Assembly: GCF_032444005.1 (NCBI RefSeq)
Contig: NC_091283.1
Coordinates: 35,960,001-36,024,000, forward strand
Origin: Ranitomeya imitator
Taxonomy: Eukaryota
Reading direction: 5' to 3'
Length of the DNA stretch: 64,000 nt
Below are positions 25,001 through 37,006 of the stretch, piece after piece. Each line of letters begins with the position of its first letter. Positions within the stretch are counted from its first letter, which is position 1. The position numbers and the translations under genes are program-made. The notes below the pieces were generated by a model. It saw nothing but the letters and a program-made list of their open reading frames with translations. It searched no databases and was not told the origin of the DNA.

Positions 25001-28000
25001 GGTGGAGGATACAGTTAGGCTAGTTACAGCCATTAGATCAACAGTGGGCCTAGAGGAGAAGAAGTCTGCAAAGTCCCTGTAACACGTGATGTTCCGAGGG
25101 TTGGAGCAGGGAAAGAAGCGCTCTCTTACGGTTAGTAGTAAAAATCCAGGCGCTCATTAACACAGAGTGGAGAAACTGGTGCCTTACCCTCATCTTCAAA
25201 AAGGACTCAGCGTTACGGGGTAAAGTCCCTAGGATTGATGGGGCTGTATCAAAATCCTCAGAGGTCAGCCCTACCCTCTGAATAATCTGGAGTGCTTAGA
25301 GATCCATTAGATAAAAAAGCGGATGGATATGTGAAGCACACGTGGGAAGCGGCAGGAGGAGGCCTGAAGCCGGCGATTGCTGGAACCTGTACCGCCCTTT
25401 CCCTTATGAATTTGGAAGCAACAAGTGGAGGAACAGCCCAAAGAAAACCCCCCGAGGGATAAGATTTTGGCCAACCTGCCTTTGTTAGCCCACAGTGTTC
25501 CTAGTAGACACATTTGCAGATTTGGTGAGACTAGTGACTTGGTCTGCTAGATCAGAGGTCCCCAACTCCAGTCCTCAAGGCCCACCAACATGTCATGTTT
25601 TCAGGATTTCCTTAGTCTTGCCCAGGTAATAATTGCATCACCTGTGCAATGCAAAGGAAATCCTGAAAACTTGACCTGTTGGTGGGCCTTGAGGACTGGA
25701 GTTGGGGACCTCTGTGCTAGATTATTGAATTTCGGCAAGACGGGCTTTGTGTCTCAAGGGCTGTCCGGGGGATCTTCAGTAAAAAAATAAACTCTGCTCT
25801 CTAAAATGTCATGGCCAATTTTTGTTCAGGAAGAAATCGGACAACATCTTGGAAAAGGCCAGTGATAAAAAGAAGGGGTTTCCCATATTCACAAATGATA
25901 GGGTGGATAGTCCTGTCATGGGGGTGGCCAGAAATAGACTTGTTTGCCGACAAACAGTACAGAAAAATAAAAAAATTGTGTTGGCTAAATCCAAGGGGAA
26001 ACCCATATGTGGGAGATGCCCTTCAGGTTCCCTGGAACTTCAGGATGGCTTATGCCTTCCCTCCGATAGCGATGATTCCAGCAGTCATGAGAGATCAGGG
26101 AGAATCAGGCGAGAGTGATTCTGATTGCCACATTCTGGCCAAAGAGACCATGGTTTTCCCTATCGAAGGCAATGTCCGTGTAAGATCCATGGATCCTGCC
26201 GGAGATCCCGGACCTTCTTTCTCAGGGTCCAGTATGCCACTCTCAAGTGAAGGGCTTCCACCTAGCAGCATGGAGTTTGAAAGGGCAATACTGAGTCTGA
26301 AAGGCTTTTCGCCAGGGTTAGTCTCCACCTTGCTAAAAAGTAGAAAGCCTATAATAACAAAGATTTACGGCAGGACATGGAAAACGTTTTTGGAATTTTA
26401 AGGAAAGGCTTTGGGACAAAAGGCTCCAGTCAATCCTAGAGTTGCTCCAGTCGGTGTCTGAGCTAGGATTAGCTACTGGTACCCTCAAGGTTCAGGTGTC
26501 GGCTTTGATTTCGTAGCCAATAAGTGGATATCGAGATTTATAAAATCTTGCGATAGGTGCAGGCCAGTCCCAATCCCAAGGATACCCCCATGGGATCTAA
26601 GCCTAGTACTAGAAGCATTGACCTAAGATCCATTAGAACCATTACAGTAATTGTTGGCTTATGTATCTTACCCTAAAAACTATCATCGTAGTAGCACTGA
26701 CGTCGGCCCGCATGGTGAGCGTTATGCAGGCCCTTTCTTCACATCCTTCTTATACACAGATATATGAGGAGAGGACTATACTGAGACCTGATCCAGCTTA
26801 TCTTACTAAGCTAGCCTTAAAGTTTCATAGAAGTCAAGAAATTATCCCGCCCTCCTTATGTATAAACCCCAGGAATCCTTGGGAGCAGACATTTCACAGT
26901 CTAGATGTTAGAAGAGCACTGGTAAAGTACATATCTATGCCCAGTCTCTACTTGTAACCTTTCAGGGTAGCCGGAAGGGGCACGGGGTATCCAAAAGTAC
27001 CATTGCAAGATGGTTCAGGGAGGCCATTATTGTAGACCACTCTATCGGTAGTCCGGTTCCTGAGGCCATTAAGGCTCACTCCTCTAGAGCCGTGGTGACC
27101 TACTGGGCGGAGATATCGCTTGATCAGATTTGTAAGGCCGCTACCTAGTCCTCACCATCTACCTTCTTTACTCACTATATAGACTGAGTCTATCCTCCTC
27201 TGCTGGCTTAACCTTTGGTAGAAGGGTTCTGCAAGCGGTGGTCCCTCCCTAAGGTGTTTCAGTTCTCCCAGAAATCTCTCAGGTATGCTGTCATGGGTGA
27301 AGGGGAAACACCAAGCCGATTACTGGAAGCCGATTTTTCCAGAACCCATAACATCACCCGTATATTTCCCCACTTTTCTCACCATATGGGTGTGCACTAT
27401 AGATGTGCCGGTTACGGAGAGGTACCACCCTTTTACATTGGTAGGTTTCCTGTCCTTGGTGGGCAGATCCCTCTCTCAGGTGTGCGGTCATGGGTTCTGG
27501 AAAAAACAGCTACCGGTAAGTAACCTTGTTCTCAAAAATACACAGTTACATGATCATATTCACCACCAGGGGGAGCCATGGAGCTTATAGCATGCGGTTG
27601 GCTCCCTCTAGTGGTGGCTGCAGGAAGTTACAATGCCATCATGTCTGTGCAGAGGAGTTGCTGCTTTTGCCTTTTTTTCACTTTTGCTGTCAGATTTCAG
27701 ACAGAAAGCGACACGGCAGTGAAAGGTGGGCAATCATTAAACTGTTGTTGTGCTGCCCCCCCATTACAGGAAGCAGAGGCTCAACAGGCGAAAGTGTCCG
27801 CTCAGTACATCAATGAAATAGAGATGGCGAAAGCCCAGCGAGACTTTGAGCTGAAAAAAGCCACGTACGACCTGCAGGTGAACAGCAGGAAAGCCGAGAG
27901 TGACCTGGCCTATCAACTACAGGTACGACCATAAGGACTTATTCACACATAATGGTTTTTGATGCATTTTTGTGAAGAAAAAAAGTGTTTTACTGTGTTG

Positions 28001-31000
28001 AGAAATGAATGAGGTTCCTAAAAATCTGAACGTATCCTGACCGAGCCCATCTAACGCGCTCGTCACTGAGAATCTGTCACTCGTTTCATCATAGGTCGCC
28101 AAAACAAAGCAGAAGATCGAGGAGGAGAAGGTTCAGGTGCAGGTGGTGGAAAGGGCTCAGCAGATCCAACTGCAAGAACAAGAAATCATCCGCAAGGAGA
28201 AGGAGCTGGAGGCCAAAGTCAAGAAGCCGGCGGAGGCCGAGCGCTATCGACTGGAGAAAATCGCCGAGGCCGAGAGGTGGGCTGTGTTCACACTGGGGTC
28301 CTGACTGGCACGGTACCGTCACCTCCTCACAACTTATATTCTTGACTTTCAGGATGAAGCTCATTACTGAAGCTGAGGCAGAAGCTGAATCCATCAGGGT
28401 CTGTCCCGTCCCGCGTGGATAATACAATAATAACATAGAGGCCGGTCAGACTTTTGACATCGCTCCTTTCTCTCCTCGTCACTGCAGATAAAGGGGGAGG
28501 CTGAGGCCTACGCCGTGGAGGTCAAAGCTCGAGCCGATGCTGAGCAGATGGCCAAGAAGGCAGATGCCTTCCAGGAATATCAGGAGGCCGCCATAGTGGA
28601 CATGCTGCTGGAGAAGCTGCCGGAGGTAAATCGCCAAGGACCCTCTAGTATTTATTGCCGCGTGTATAAATGTCTCCCGCCCAGAGCCGTGCTCATGTAG
28701 GTGACGGGAAGTCACGTATTATGGTCCCGCATAATCCTGATATCCATACTGTCCTCATATTCTGGAAGCCAAGTGTCTCCGTTAACCCATTCCCGGCATG
28801 GGCGCTGACGGTGTTGTCCTTGCAGTTAGGGGTCTGCTGAAGACCCTCATCATCTATTTCTGGGCTTCATAAGAAGTGAATATAATGCAGTAGGTTCACC
28901 ATCCCTCCCACGCCCTGCGGCCTCGGACACCTAAAATCAACAAAACGGCCAAAAAGAGGTACAATTACATTTTTAAAAATGTGAAAAATAATTTGCACCT
29001 TTTTCCAATTCCAAAAAAAATAAATAAAAATATTACGGAGTAAAATGAGATGGACGTTTCTGGTTGACACCGCGCCTACTACTGCTGTTTGAAAAGTACC
29101 GTATATACTCGAGTATAAGCCAAGATTTTCAGCCCATTTTTTAGGCTGAAAGTAACCCTCTTGGCTTGTACTCAAGTCATTGTCTCAGGGGGGGTCGGCG
29201 GGGGAGGGGGAGCGGCGGCTGTGACATACTCACCTGCTCCCGGAGCGGTCCCTGCATCTCCGGTCCCCGGGCGCTGACAGCTTCTTCCAGTGGTGAGCGG
29301 TCACATGGTACCGCTCATTACAGTAATGAATATGGACCCGACTCCACTCCCATAGGGGTGGAGCCGCATATTCATTACTGTAATGAGCGGTAACAGTGAC
29401 CGCTCAACACTGGAAGAAGCTGTCAGCGCCCGGAGATGCAGGGACCATGTGAGGAGCAGGTGAGTATAGTGGGGAGGGGGAGCATTGCGCGATATTCACC
29501 TGTCCGCGTTCCAGGCGCTGCTCCGTCTTCCGCGTCCTCTGCAGTGACACTCAGGTCAGAGGGCGCGATGACGCGATTAGTGCGCGCGCCGCCCTCTGCC
29601 TGAACGTCAGTGCAGAGAACGCAGAAGATGGAGCGCCGCCGGAATGAGAACAGGTGAATATAGCAAGAGGCGAGTATGTCACTTTTTTTTTTTTTTTTTA
29701 ATCGCAGCAACAGCATATGGGGCAAATATCTCTATGGAGCATCTTATGGGGCCATATGTAGCGTTATATGGGGCATATATTTCTATGGAGCATCTTATGG
29801 GGTTATAATCAACATTTGTGCAGCATTATATTGGGCAAATGTGTCTGGAACATCTTATGGGGCTCTTATTAACATTTGTGCAGCATTATATGGGGCATAT
29901 TTTAATATGGAGCATCTTATGGGGCCCATCATCAACTGTATGGAGCATTATACGGGGCTCCTGATTCAATATGGATATTCAAAAACACTTAACCTACTGA
30001 TGTCTCAATTAATTTTACGTTTATTGGTATCTATTTTTATTTTTTACATTTACCAGGAGCTGCTGCATTTTCCACCGTAGGCTTATACTCGGGTCATTAA
30101 GTTTTCCCATTTTTTTTGTGGCAAAATTAGGGGGGTCGGCTTATACTCTAGTATATACGGTAGTTGTTCCATTCTGTGGTAGTATCCAGGTCGATACCGA
30201 GATCTCGACTCCATACACAAAAATTGAAAATATTTACAATTGCTGCATTCTTTAAAAAAAAAAAAAAAAAATCTCTGAAAAATAGAAAATAAAGTCAGAG
30301 TTTTCAATTTCCCCTCCCCCCAAACCATGCAAGGAATTTGAGGTCCTAGCTTGAGGGCATTTATTATTTATAGTAAGGAGGAAGACCCCTTTAATCAGGT
30401 GATGTTGCTCAGATTGAATACCACTGCCGGCAGCCCCCAGGGTCTAGAGCCTGGCATCGGGTGGGCCGCGTGTTCCCTGCAGTCTGATACATCACAGGCC
30501 CACCGGTGCCCTCCGTCCCCCCATTACATTGCACTCACGTTTTCCATTCCAGGTCGTGGAGGAGATCAGTAAGCCTTTAACTAAGGTGAAGAAGATTAAG
30601 CTGGTGTCCAGTGGTGGAAGTGAGGTCGGAGCCGGCAAAATCACAGGGGAAGTGCTGGATATACTCAACCGCCTCCCGGACACGGTGGAGAAGCTGACGG
30701 GCATCAGCATCATCCAGGTCAGTAGATGTCGGGTTTGTGCTCCGTTCACTTCTCAAAGTGTCTGCAAGTATCTGACAATGATTAAGACTTGTGAAGAGGA
30801 ATCTTAGAAAGTGGCGGCCAGCCCCCCCCCCCCCCCCCCAAACGTGTGCGGCCAGCCCCCCATACGTGTGCGCTCCTATCCGCAGGATCCATGCAACCGA
30901 ACAAAAAGCAATGTATTCTATATTTACAAGACAGAAGGGTCTTGAGCATTTCACTTTTTATTGCATTTTTATTGCCCTTACAGAAAGCCGTTTTTCTCCC

Positions 31001-33486
31001 TGATGGCACCAAGCAAAAGCCAAATCCTGCGCACAGTCCACTCAGGGCAGCACCCGCGGCATCCTATGACCCTGATGAAAAATGTGGTGTTTTATAGACA
31101 ATCCCATCCCTGCGCCAGGGAATTTAAAGGGGCTGTCCAGGACAAGGGTCAGAATGGCGTAAAAAAAAAATAAAATATATAAATAAAAAGGGGGATACTC
31201 TCCTCGCTTATCTCCCGTTTAGTAAAAAAATAAATACAACTAGTCGGCCTTCTAATCACACTCAATGGCTCCTACGGCCACAAAAATTGATTTATTTTCC
31301 TGGAGAAATTGCAGGACGCGGCTTCTCTCGATTGCGATGGGTGAATGGTTGTCCAACATGGATGGACCCGAGTCCACCTGAGCTCGATACACTGTTTTTG
31401 GTGGGTTATGAGTGGGAGACCCCTCTATTAGGACATGTATAGAAAGGGGGTGTCACGATCCGACTAAAAAGATTAGATAAAAGGGTCTGCTGTTTATCTC
31501 CCTGTAAGAGCGCCACCGCTGTCTGTAGGTGGCGTCTGGTATGGCAGCTCTGTTTATGTAACCGCAGTCCCTTCGTTTTATCCTTCTCCATTCTCATGCG
31601 TCTTTTAAAGTAGATCCATAATGAATGACGTCTTCTCCTATGTCCCTCCATATCTTGAGGGCCCCGACACAAAGCATCCAAAGATGCGGACCTCCAGACG
31701 CTGTCGCCCGTGATAGGCGGATGACAGCTTAGAGATTTGTCTCTGAGGCTCTGGGATACCGGAGGAAAGGACCAGTATCATACAAGAAACTGTCACCCAG
31801 ATTTCTACTGGAGCTCCAGGGTCGGGGGATGATCTCGAGGGTCCGTATAGCTGGACCCCCCCCGGATTGTATGGGTGGCCGGAGCTCCCAGGTCATGGAC
31901 GGACATACAGTGACTGATCCACTGTGACATTGAAACGCACCGTGCGGCCTGACATGACTTTCTCTTATTGTGCTCTCCTGTCATGGGAAGAACCTACAGC
32001 AAAATGGAAAATTGGGCCAGCCACTGATCTCAGTGTGACCGGTGGGTAGCAGCACCGTGAGTCATCCTTATGTTACTTTTTGCACCCATTTCCATTAAAT
32101 CTCCATTTTGTTTGCTCCCCCTGCTAGCTCCCATAGATAATATCTGTGGCACGTCCATCCCCCTGATTTACCGCTACCATGGGCCGGAGGTGCATTGCAG
32201 TAACCCACAAGACGTGCTGGATCAGAGCGATTTTCTTGTTTCCCCCCCATGCCTGCAGTCCCTTACTGCCCCCGCTCCACTGTGGATGTCTTTGACCCCC
32301 TGTGTATTATTTTTGTTTGCTTGTGCCACTCCCAAAAATTATTATTTTTATTATTATTTATTTATATAGCACCATTAATTCCATGGTGCCGTACATGAGA
32401 AAGGGGTTACATACGGGGTTATAGATATCGTTTACAGTAAACAAATTTACAATGACAGACTGGTGCAGAGGGGAGAGGACCCTGTCCTTGCGGACTTACA
32501 TTCTTCGGGGGCAAAAATGGCCAAGTAAAGGACCCTGAGTATATAGCTATGTCGAGGGCGATGGTCTGTGGGGGTATAATGGGTGGGACGGTTATGAGGG
32601 TAGACGCCATGAAAGCGCGAGTAATGAGGAATCACCAGCCCTTGGGAGTGGTACAATCTGACAATGAGCCCACCGTGCACCCTGCTCTAACATAAGCCAT
32701 GATGCGCCCGCATTGTCTCTATCGCTGCATGCACCTGGGGGGGCGACCAGAATCTGCATGGTTTATTTCTAATAAGGACAAAGCCGCCATCACTGGGGGG
32801 ATGTGAGGGTGGGATCCGCCACGTCTGAGATTCTTCCCCTGGTCACATACTTCTTGCACTTGGCGGCTCCGGCACGACTGGAGGAGCTCCGCGCTTTAGT
32901 TTTGGGCAATCTCCACTCATGGACACCCGATCTTCAAGGAACACTCAACTTAAGGTGGCAGTAATGTAAGTGTCCGTCTGATGTGTTCATGAGTCCCGAG
33001 AGAAGACATTAGCCTAGACGGGGGCAGGAGTCGCTCCGGAGAGGGGGCAGCCGGATTTTAGGGGGCTTATAGCCACACACAAGCTGGCATAGTGCCTCTT
33101 CCAAACCGGATGGCCGTCCTACATGTCAGCGAGCCTTACCACATGACTCCAGATATTTAGCCAAACCAGAGTCTCCTCCAAAGGCAAGAGATTTCTGACA
33201 CTAGACGGCTATTTTCCACAGTATTCCATATTGGGATAGGCTCTTCGAGGTGGGAATATCCCTTTAAGTTGAGGAGAGTAACTGTTTAATGCGGCGTAGT
33301 GTTCCCTCTCAGTTTAGTGACGGTGAAATAATTTTGTAATATCCCCTGTGGCAGCTTTCACCGCTGCCATCATTGTTTCTTTTTCCAGCTTTCACTGCTG
33401 CCTTCCAGCTTTCACTGCTGCCACCTGACACCATTGTTCTTTTCCTTTTCCAGAGTCTAAAGAGGCATCCCGGCCGCGTGTGCTAG
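22030..33486 (+). CDS. FLOT1: Flotillin-1, complete spliced CDS (12 coding exons, 1290 nt, 429 aa)
   Basis: Exons 22030-22075, 22596-22671, 22742-22832, 22927-23070, 23436-23555, 23632-23727, 27770-27922, 28095-28276, 28353-28398, 28488-28625, 30553-30717, 33454-33486. All introns are GT-AG and phases are consistent. Translation [81 protein letters not shown]... matches vertebrate flotillin-1 (SPFH domain plus EA-rich coiled coil). Confidence 0.97.
22596..22671 (+). CDS. FLOT1: FLOT1 coding exon 2 ([26 protein letters not shown])
   Basis: tgcag|GC...AG|gtaag; includes the palmitoylation-site Cys of the LPC motif. Confidence 0.96.
22742..22832 (+). CDS. FLOT1: FLOT1 coding exon 3 ([30 protein letters not shown])
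   Basis: gcag|G...CAG|gtaag. Confidence 0.96.
22927..23070 (+). CDS. FLOT1: FLOT1 coding exon 4 ([10 protein letters not shown]...AHMTVE)
   Basis: cacag|GTG...GAG|gttggt. Confidence 0.96.
23436..23555 (+). CDS. FLOT1: FLOT1 coding exon 5 ([14 protein letters not shown]...DIHDDQ)
   Basis: atcag|GAG...CAG|gtaaa; this exon is not in the ORF track. Confidence 0.96.
23632..23727 (+). CDS. FLOT1: FLOT1 coding exon 6 ([32 protein letters not shown])
   Basis: tgcag|GAT...AAG|gtaac. Confidence 0.96.
23866..27525 (+). mobile_element. Decayed, internally deleted DIRS1-like tyrosine-recombinase retrotransposon in a FLOT1 intron
   Basis: Left ITR (CACCCATGACAGCACACCTGAGAGAGGGATCTGCCCACC) inverted at about 27430-27500; ICR at about 27283-27350; remnants of gag (24677-25500), RNase H/MTase-like (IDLFA, AYAFPP; 25811-26400) and YR ([22 protein letters not shown]; 26661-27200). 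Confidence 0.88.
25553..25714. mobile_element. hAT (Charlie-like) MITE nested in the DIRS element
   Basis: 38-bp TIRs CAGAGGTCCCCAACTCCAGTCCTCAAGGCCCACCAACA; perfect 8-bp TSD TGCTAGAT with CTAG core. Confidence 0.92.
27770..27922 (+). CDS. FLOT1: FLOT1 coding exon 7 ([13 protein letters not shown]...DLAYQLQ)
   Basis: tacag|GAA...CAG|gtacg. Confidence 0.96.
28095..28276 (+). CDS. FLOT1: FLOT1 coding exon 8 ([23 protein letters not shown]...EAER)
   Basis: catag|GTC...AG|gtggg. Confidence 0.96.
28353..28398 (+). CDS. FLOT1: FLOT1 coding exon 9 ([15 protein letters not shown])
   Basis: ttcag|G...AGG|gtctg. Confidence 0.94.
28488..28625 (+). CDS. FLOT1: FLOT1 coding exon 10 ([25 protein letters not shown]...KLPE)
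   Basis: tgcag|ATA...GAG|gtaaa. Confidence 0.96.
29099..30160. mobile_element. Complete non-autonomous TA-TSD DNA transposon in a FLOT1 intron
   Basis: TA|CCGTATATACTCGAG...CTAGTATATACGG|TA. Confidence 0.85.
30553..30717 (+). CDS. FLOT1: FLOT1 coding exon 11 ([22 protein letters not shown]...GISIIQ)
   Basis: tccag|GTC...CAG|gtcag. Confidence 0.96.
32340..32560 (-). mobile_element. 3' fragment of an L2/CR1-like LINE
   Basis: (TTA)n tail followed by TATATAGCACC..., the reverse complement of a typical L2 3' end. Confidence 0.45.
33454..33486 (+). CDS. FLOT1: FLOT1 probable last coding exon ([10 protein letters not shown])
   Basis: Long polypyrimidine tract ending ttttccag, in-frame TAG; gives 429 aa, close to human FLOT1 (427 aa). 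The short C-terminus is poorly conserved, so this exon is less certain. Confidence 0.75.
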   Translation, partial: SLKRHPGRVC

Positions 33487-34372
33487 GTGCGGCTGGCCGT
33501 GGCGTCCTTCCCTTACTCATCTGGTGCCTCTGCGATGTATCTGTGTGCACTACATGTATTACGGCCGAGTCTCATCTGATAATCTCGGTGTATTCGGATG
33601 AAGCCGCGCTCCGGATATATACAGATTTGTACCCTTGTATCTCGTTACTTTCTGTCGGGGACGGCCATTTCCCCTTTTCCTATTGTTACATGTAGCTTGG
33701 TTTGATCGCTGTATTTTTTTCATGTTTTTTAAGATTTGATCTTATTACCACCGGCCCTATATATTCCGTACACGGGACGTCACGCCGCTATTGAACTATG
33801 CAAAATTGCTCATGATCCTTTTACTTTCCGAATCCAGAAAAGCCCCGGACCTCGTTCTCAGTGCCAGTAATTACCATGTCTGAGCTCAGCCAATGACTTA
33901 TTATTAACCAGCCCTGTACGTACCTAAGCATCACATGGAAGGTCACGCTGGTTCCCCCAGCAGGATCTCTCTGCGGGATCCGTCGGCCACGCCAAAGCTT
34001 AGATTTGGAAGAACTGTAGATTTTTATTTGACCTATTTACATATGTAATCTCCTACTTTAAAGCCTCGTCGCAATGAAAGTAATGGCGTAACTGTGCCGA
34101 ACATCTGCAAAAAGGGTTAGAAATAATCCTTAAAGGGCCCTGCCCTAGATAGAAATATCGCCGTCTCCAGAGCACGTCATGCCACCCAGAATGTGCCCTC
34201 CTTTCTCCAGAATGGCTGCTCTTCACCCCGCTTGTGCCAGTCCCGAGATGCTTGTGAAGGATCCTTACATTTTAGTGATTGTCTATGGACAGATGTGATC
34301 CCTTTAACTGTGAAGTTTGTGCCTGTAGATGAAAAATGCCTTATATCTATACATTTATTGTCGTGATGGCCG

Positions 34373-34378
34373 AATAAA
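34373..34378 (+). terminator. Candidate FLOT1 polyadenylation signal
   Basis: AATAAA about 890 nt after the stop codon, followed by T/G-rich sequence. Confidence 0.45.
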
Positions 34379-34945
34379 CATTGTATATCTTACAGATCCT
34401 GTGCCTGTATTATTATAGGGGGGGGGCGACAGCCAAGGACTTGGTTACAAAAAAGAAAAAATGCAACTCAGTCACGATGATTAATGCACTATTACTGATT
34501 TACTGATTGGATAAGGCCAGCATATACTGCGGTGCTGTACAGAGAACGATCGCTCCCTACGTCCTCACACAATAGGGCGGTATTATGGCTCCATACGCCC
34601 TCCGACAATGCAGTATGGGTGTCACTGTGCCTGTCCATTTTGTGGCATGGTCAGACCCCGCAGGTGTCGTGCTCTAGAAGCATTTCCGCAATATTCAGTA
34701 TCGCTGTATGTGCGAGTCCTAAACTTGGGGGATTCAGCCCACCATAAACTCCGTGCAGAGACGGAATCTTGGCCATGCGGATATATACACCGTGCATCCA
34801 CTATAAGGAGACAATGAGTCAATAGGTTCATCCAGCGACGGCCCCGGGGAAAAAGACTGCTCCCTATCACTATGAATAAGAGCTGAAACATGTCAGCACA
34901 CCCAGGGGAACTGAGCACCTATTAAACCATGGATTTTATTAAAAT

Positions 34946-35206
34946 ACTAGCTGAAGAGCCCAGCGTTGCCTGGGCATAGTAAATGTCTGTGGTTAGTTAT
35001 AGCACCTCACTTCTCTTATTTTCCCATCACGCCTCTCATTTTCCCCTTCACATCTCTCATTTTCCCCCTCACTCCTCTCATTTTCCCCCTCACTCCTCTC
35101 ATTCCCCCCTAACACTTGTCCTTTTGACCTCACATTTGTCATTTTCCGATCACTCCACTATTTTCCCTCACTCCTCTCATTTTGCACTCAGTATATACAT
35201 GTTTGT

Positions 35207-35248
<42 letters not shown>

Positions 35249-36951
35249 CACCTGTATGTCATCTCCTGTATATAGTATATACCTGCTGTATGTCATCTCC
35301 TGTATATTGTATATACCTATGTGTCATTTCCTCCTGTATATAGTATATACCTGTATGTCATCTCTTCTGTATATACTATATACCTGTATGTCATCTCCTC
35401 CTATATATAGTATAAACCTGTATGTCATCTCCTGTATATAGTATATATCTGTATGTCATCTCCCCTGTATATAGTATATACCTGCTGTATGTCATCTCCT
35501 CTTTTATATAGTATATACCTGTATGTCATCTCCTCCTGTATATAGTATATACCTGTATGTCATCTCCTCCTATATAAAGTATATATCTGTATGTCATCTC
35601 CTCCTGTATATAGTATATATCTGTGTGTCATCTCCTCCTGTATATAGTATACACCTGTCATCTCCTCCTGCATATAGTATATACCTATGTCATCTCCTCC
35701 TGTATATAGTATATACCTGTGTCATCTCCTCCTGTATATAGCTGTATGTCATCTCCTCCTGTATATAGTATATATCTGTGTCATCTCCTCCTGTATATAG
35801 TATATACCTGTGTCATCTCCTGTATATAGTATATGCGTGTCATCTACTGTGTATAGTATATACCTGTATGTCATCTCCTCCTGTATATAGTATATATCTG
35901 TCTGTCATCTCCCCTGTATATAGTATATATCTGTGTGTCATCTCCTCCTGTATTAGACCTCGTTCACACGTTATTTGCTCAGTATTTTTACCTCAGTATT
36001 TGTAAGATAAATTGGCAGCCTGATAAATCCCCAGCCAACAGGAAGCCCTCCCCCTGGCAGTATATATTAGCTCACACATACACATAATAGACAGGTCATG
36101 TGACTGACAGCTGCCGTATTTCCTATATGGTACATTTGTTGCTCTTGTAGTTTGTCTGCTTATTAATCAGATTTTTATTTTTGAAGGATAATACTAGACT
36201 TGTGTGTGTTTTAGGGCGAGTTTCATGTGTCAAGTTGTGTGTTGAGTTGCATGTGGCGACATGCGTGTAGCAACTTTTTGTGTGTCGAGTTGCATGTGAC
36301 AGGTTAGTGTAGCAAGTTGTGTGCAGCAAGTTTTGCGCATGGCGAGTTTTATGTGTGGTGCCTTTTGAGTATGTGCAAGTTTTGTGTGAGGCAACTTTTG
36401 CATGTGTTGCAACTTTTTCCACGTGTGGCGAGTTTTCCATGAGGTGAGTTTTGCACGTGTGGCGAGTTTTGCGTGAGCCTAGTTTTGCATGTGGCGAGTT
36501 TTGCGCGTGGCGTGTTTTGCGCGGCGACTTTTGGGTTTTGACTTTTATGTGGCGAGGTTGGTGTATGTGTGGTGAAATGTGTGCTGAGGGTGGTATATGT
36601 GTTCAAGCACCTGGTAGTGTGTGGCGCATTTTGTGTGTGCGTGTGTTCATATCCCCGTGTGTGGTGAGTATCCCATGTCGGGGCCCCACCTTAACAACTA
36701 TACGGTATATACTCTTTGGCGCCATCGCTCTCTTTAAGTCCCCCTTGTTCACATCTGGCAGCTGTCAATTTGCCTCCAACACTTTTCCTTTCACTTTTTC
36801 CCCATTATGTAGATAGGGGCAAAATTGTTTGGTGAATTGGAACGCGCGGGGTTAAAATTTCGCCTCACAACATAGCCTATGACGCTCTCGGGGTCCAGAC
36901 ATGTGACTGTGGAAAATTTTGTGGCTGTAGCTGCGACGGTGCAGATGCCAA

Positions 36952-36993
<42 letters not shown>

Positions 36994-37006
36994 TTATATA
37001 TTAGAT
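34946..37006. mobile_element. Putative Helitron/Helentron-like non-autonomous element with internal about 34-bp repeats and (CA)n
   Basis: ACTAG start with hairpin GCCCAG...CTGGGC; ends TATATTAGAT; internal TATATAGTATATACCTGTATGTCATCTCCTCCTG repeats; no TSD. Confidence 0.45.
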
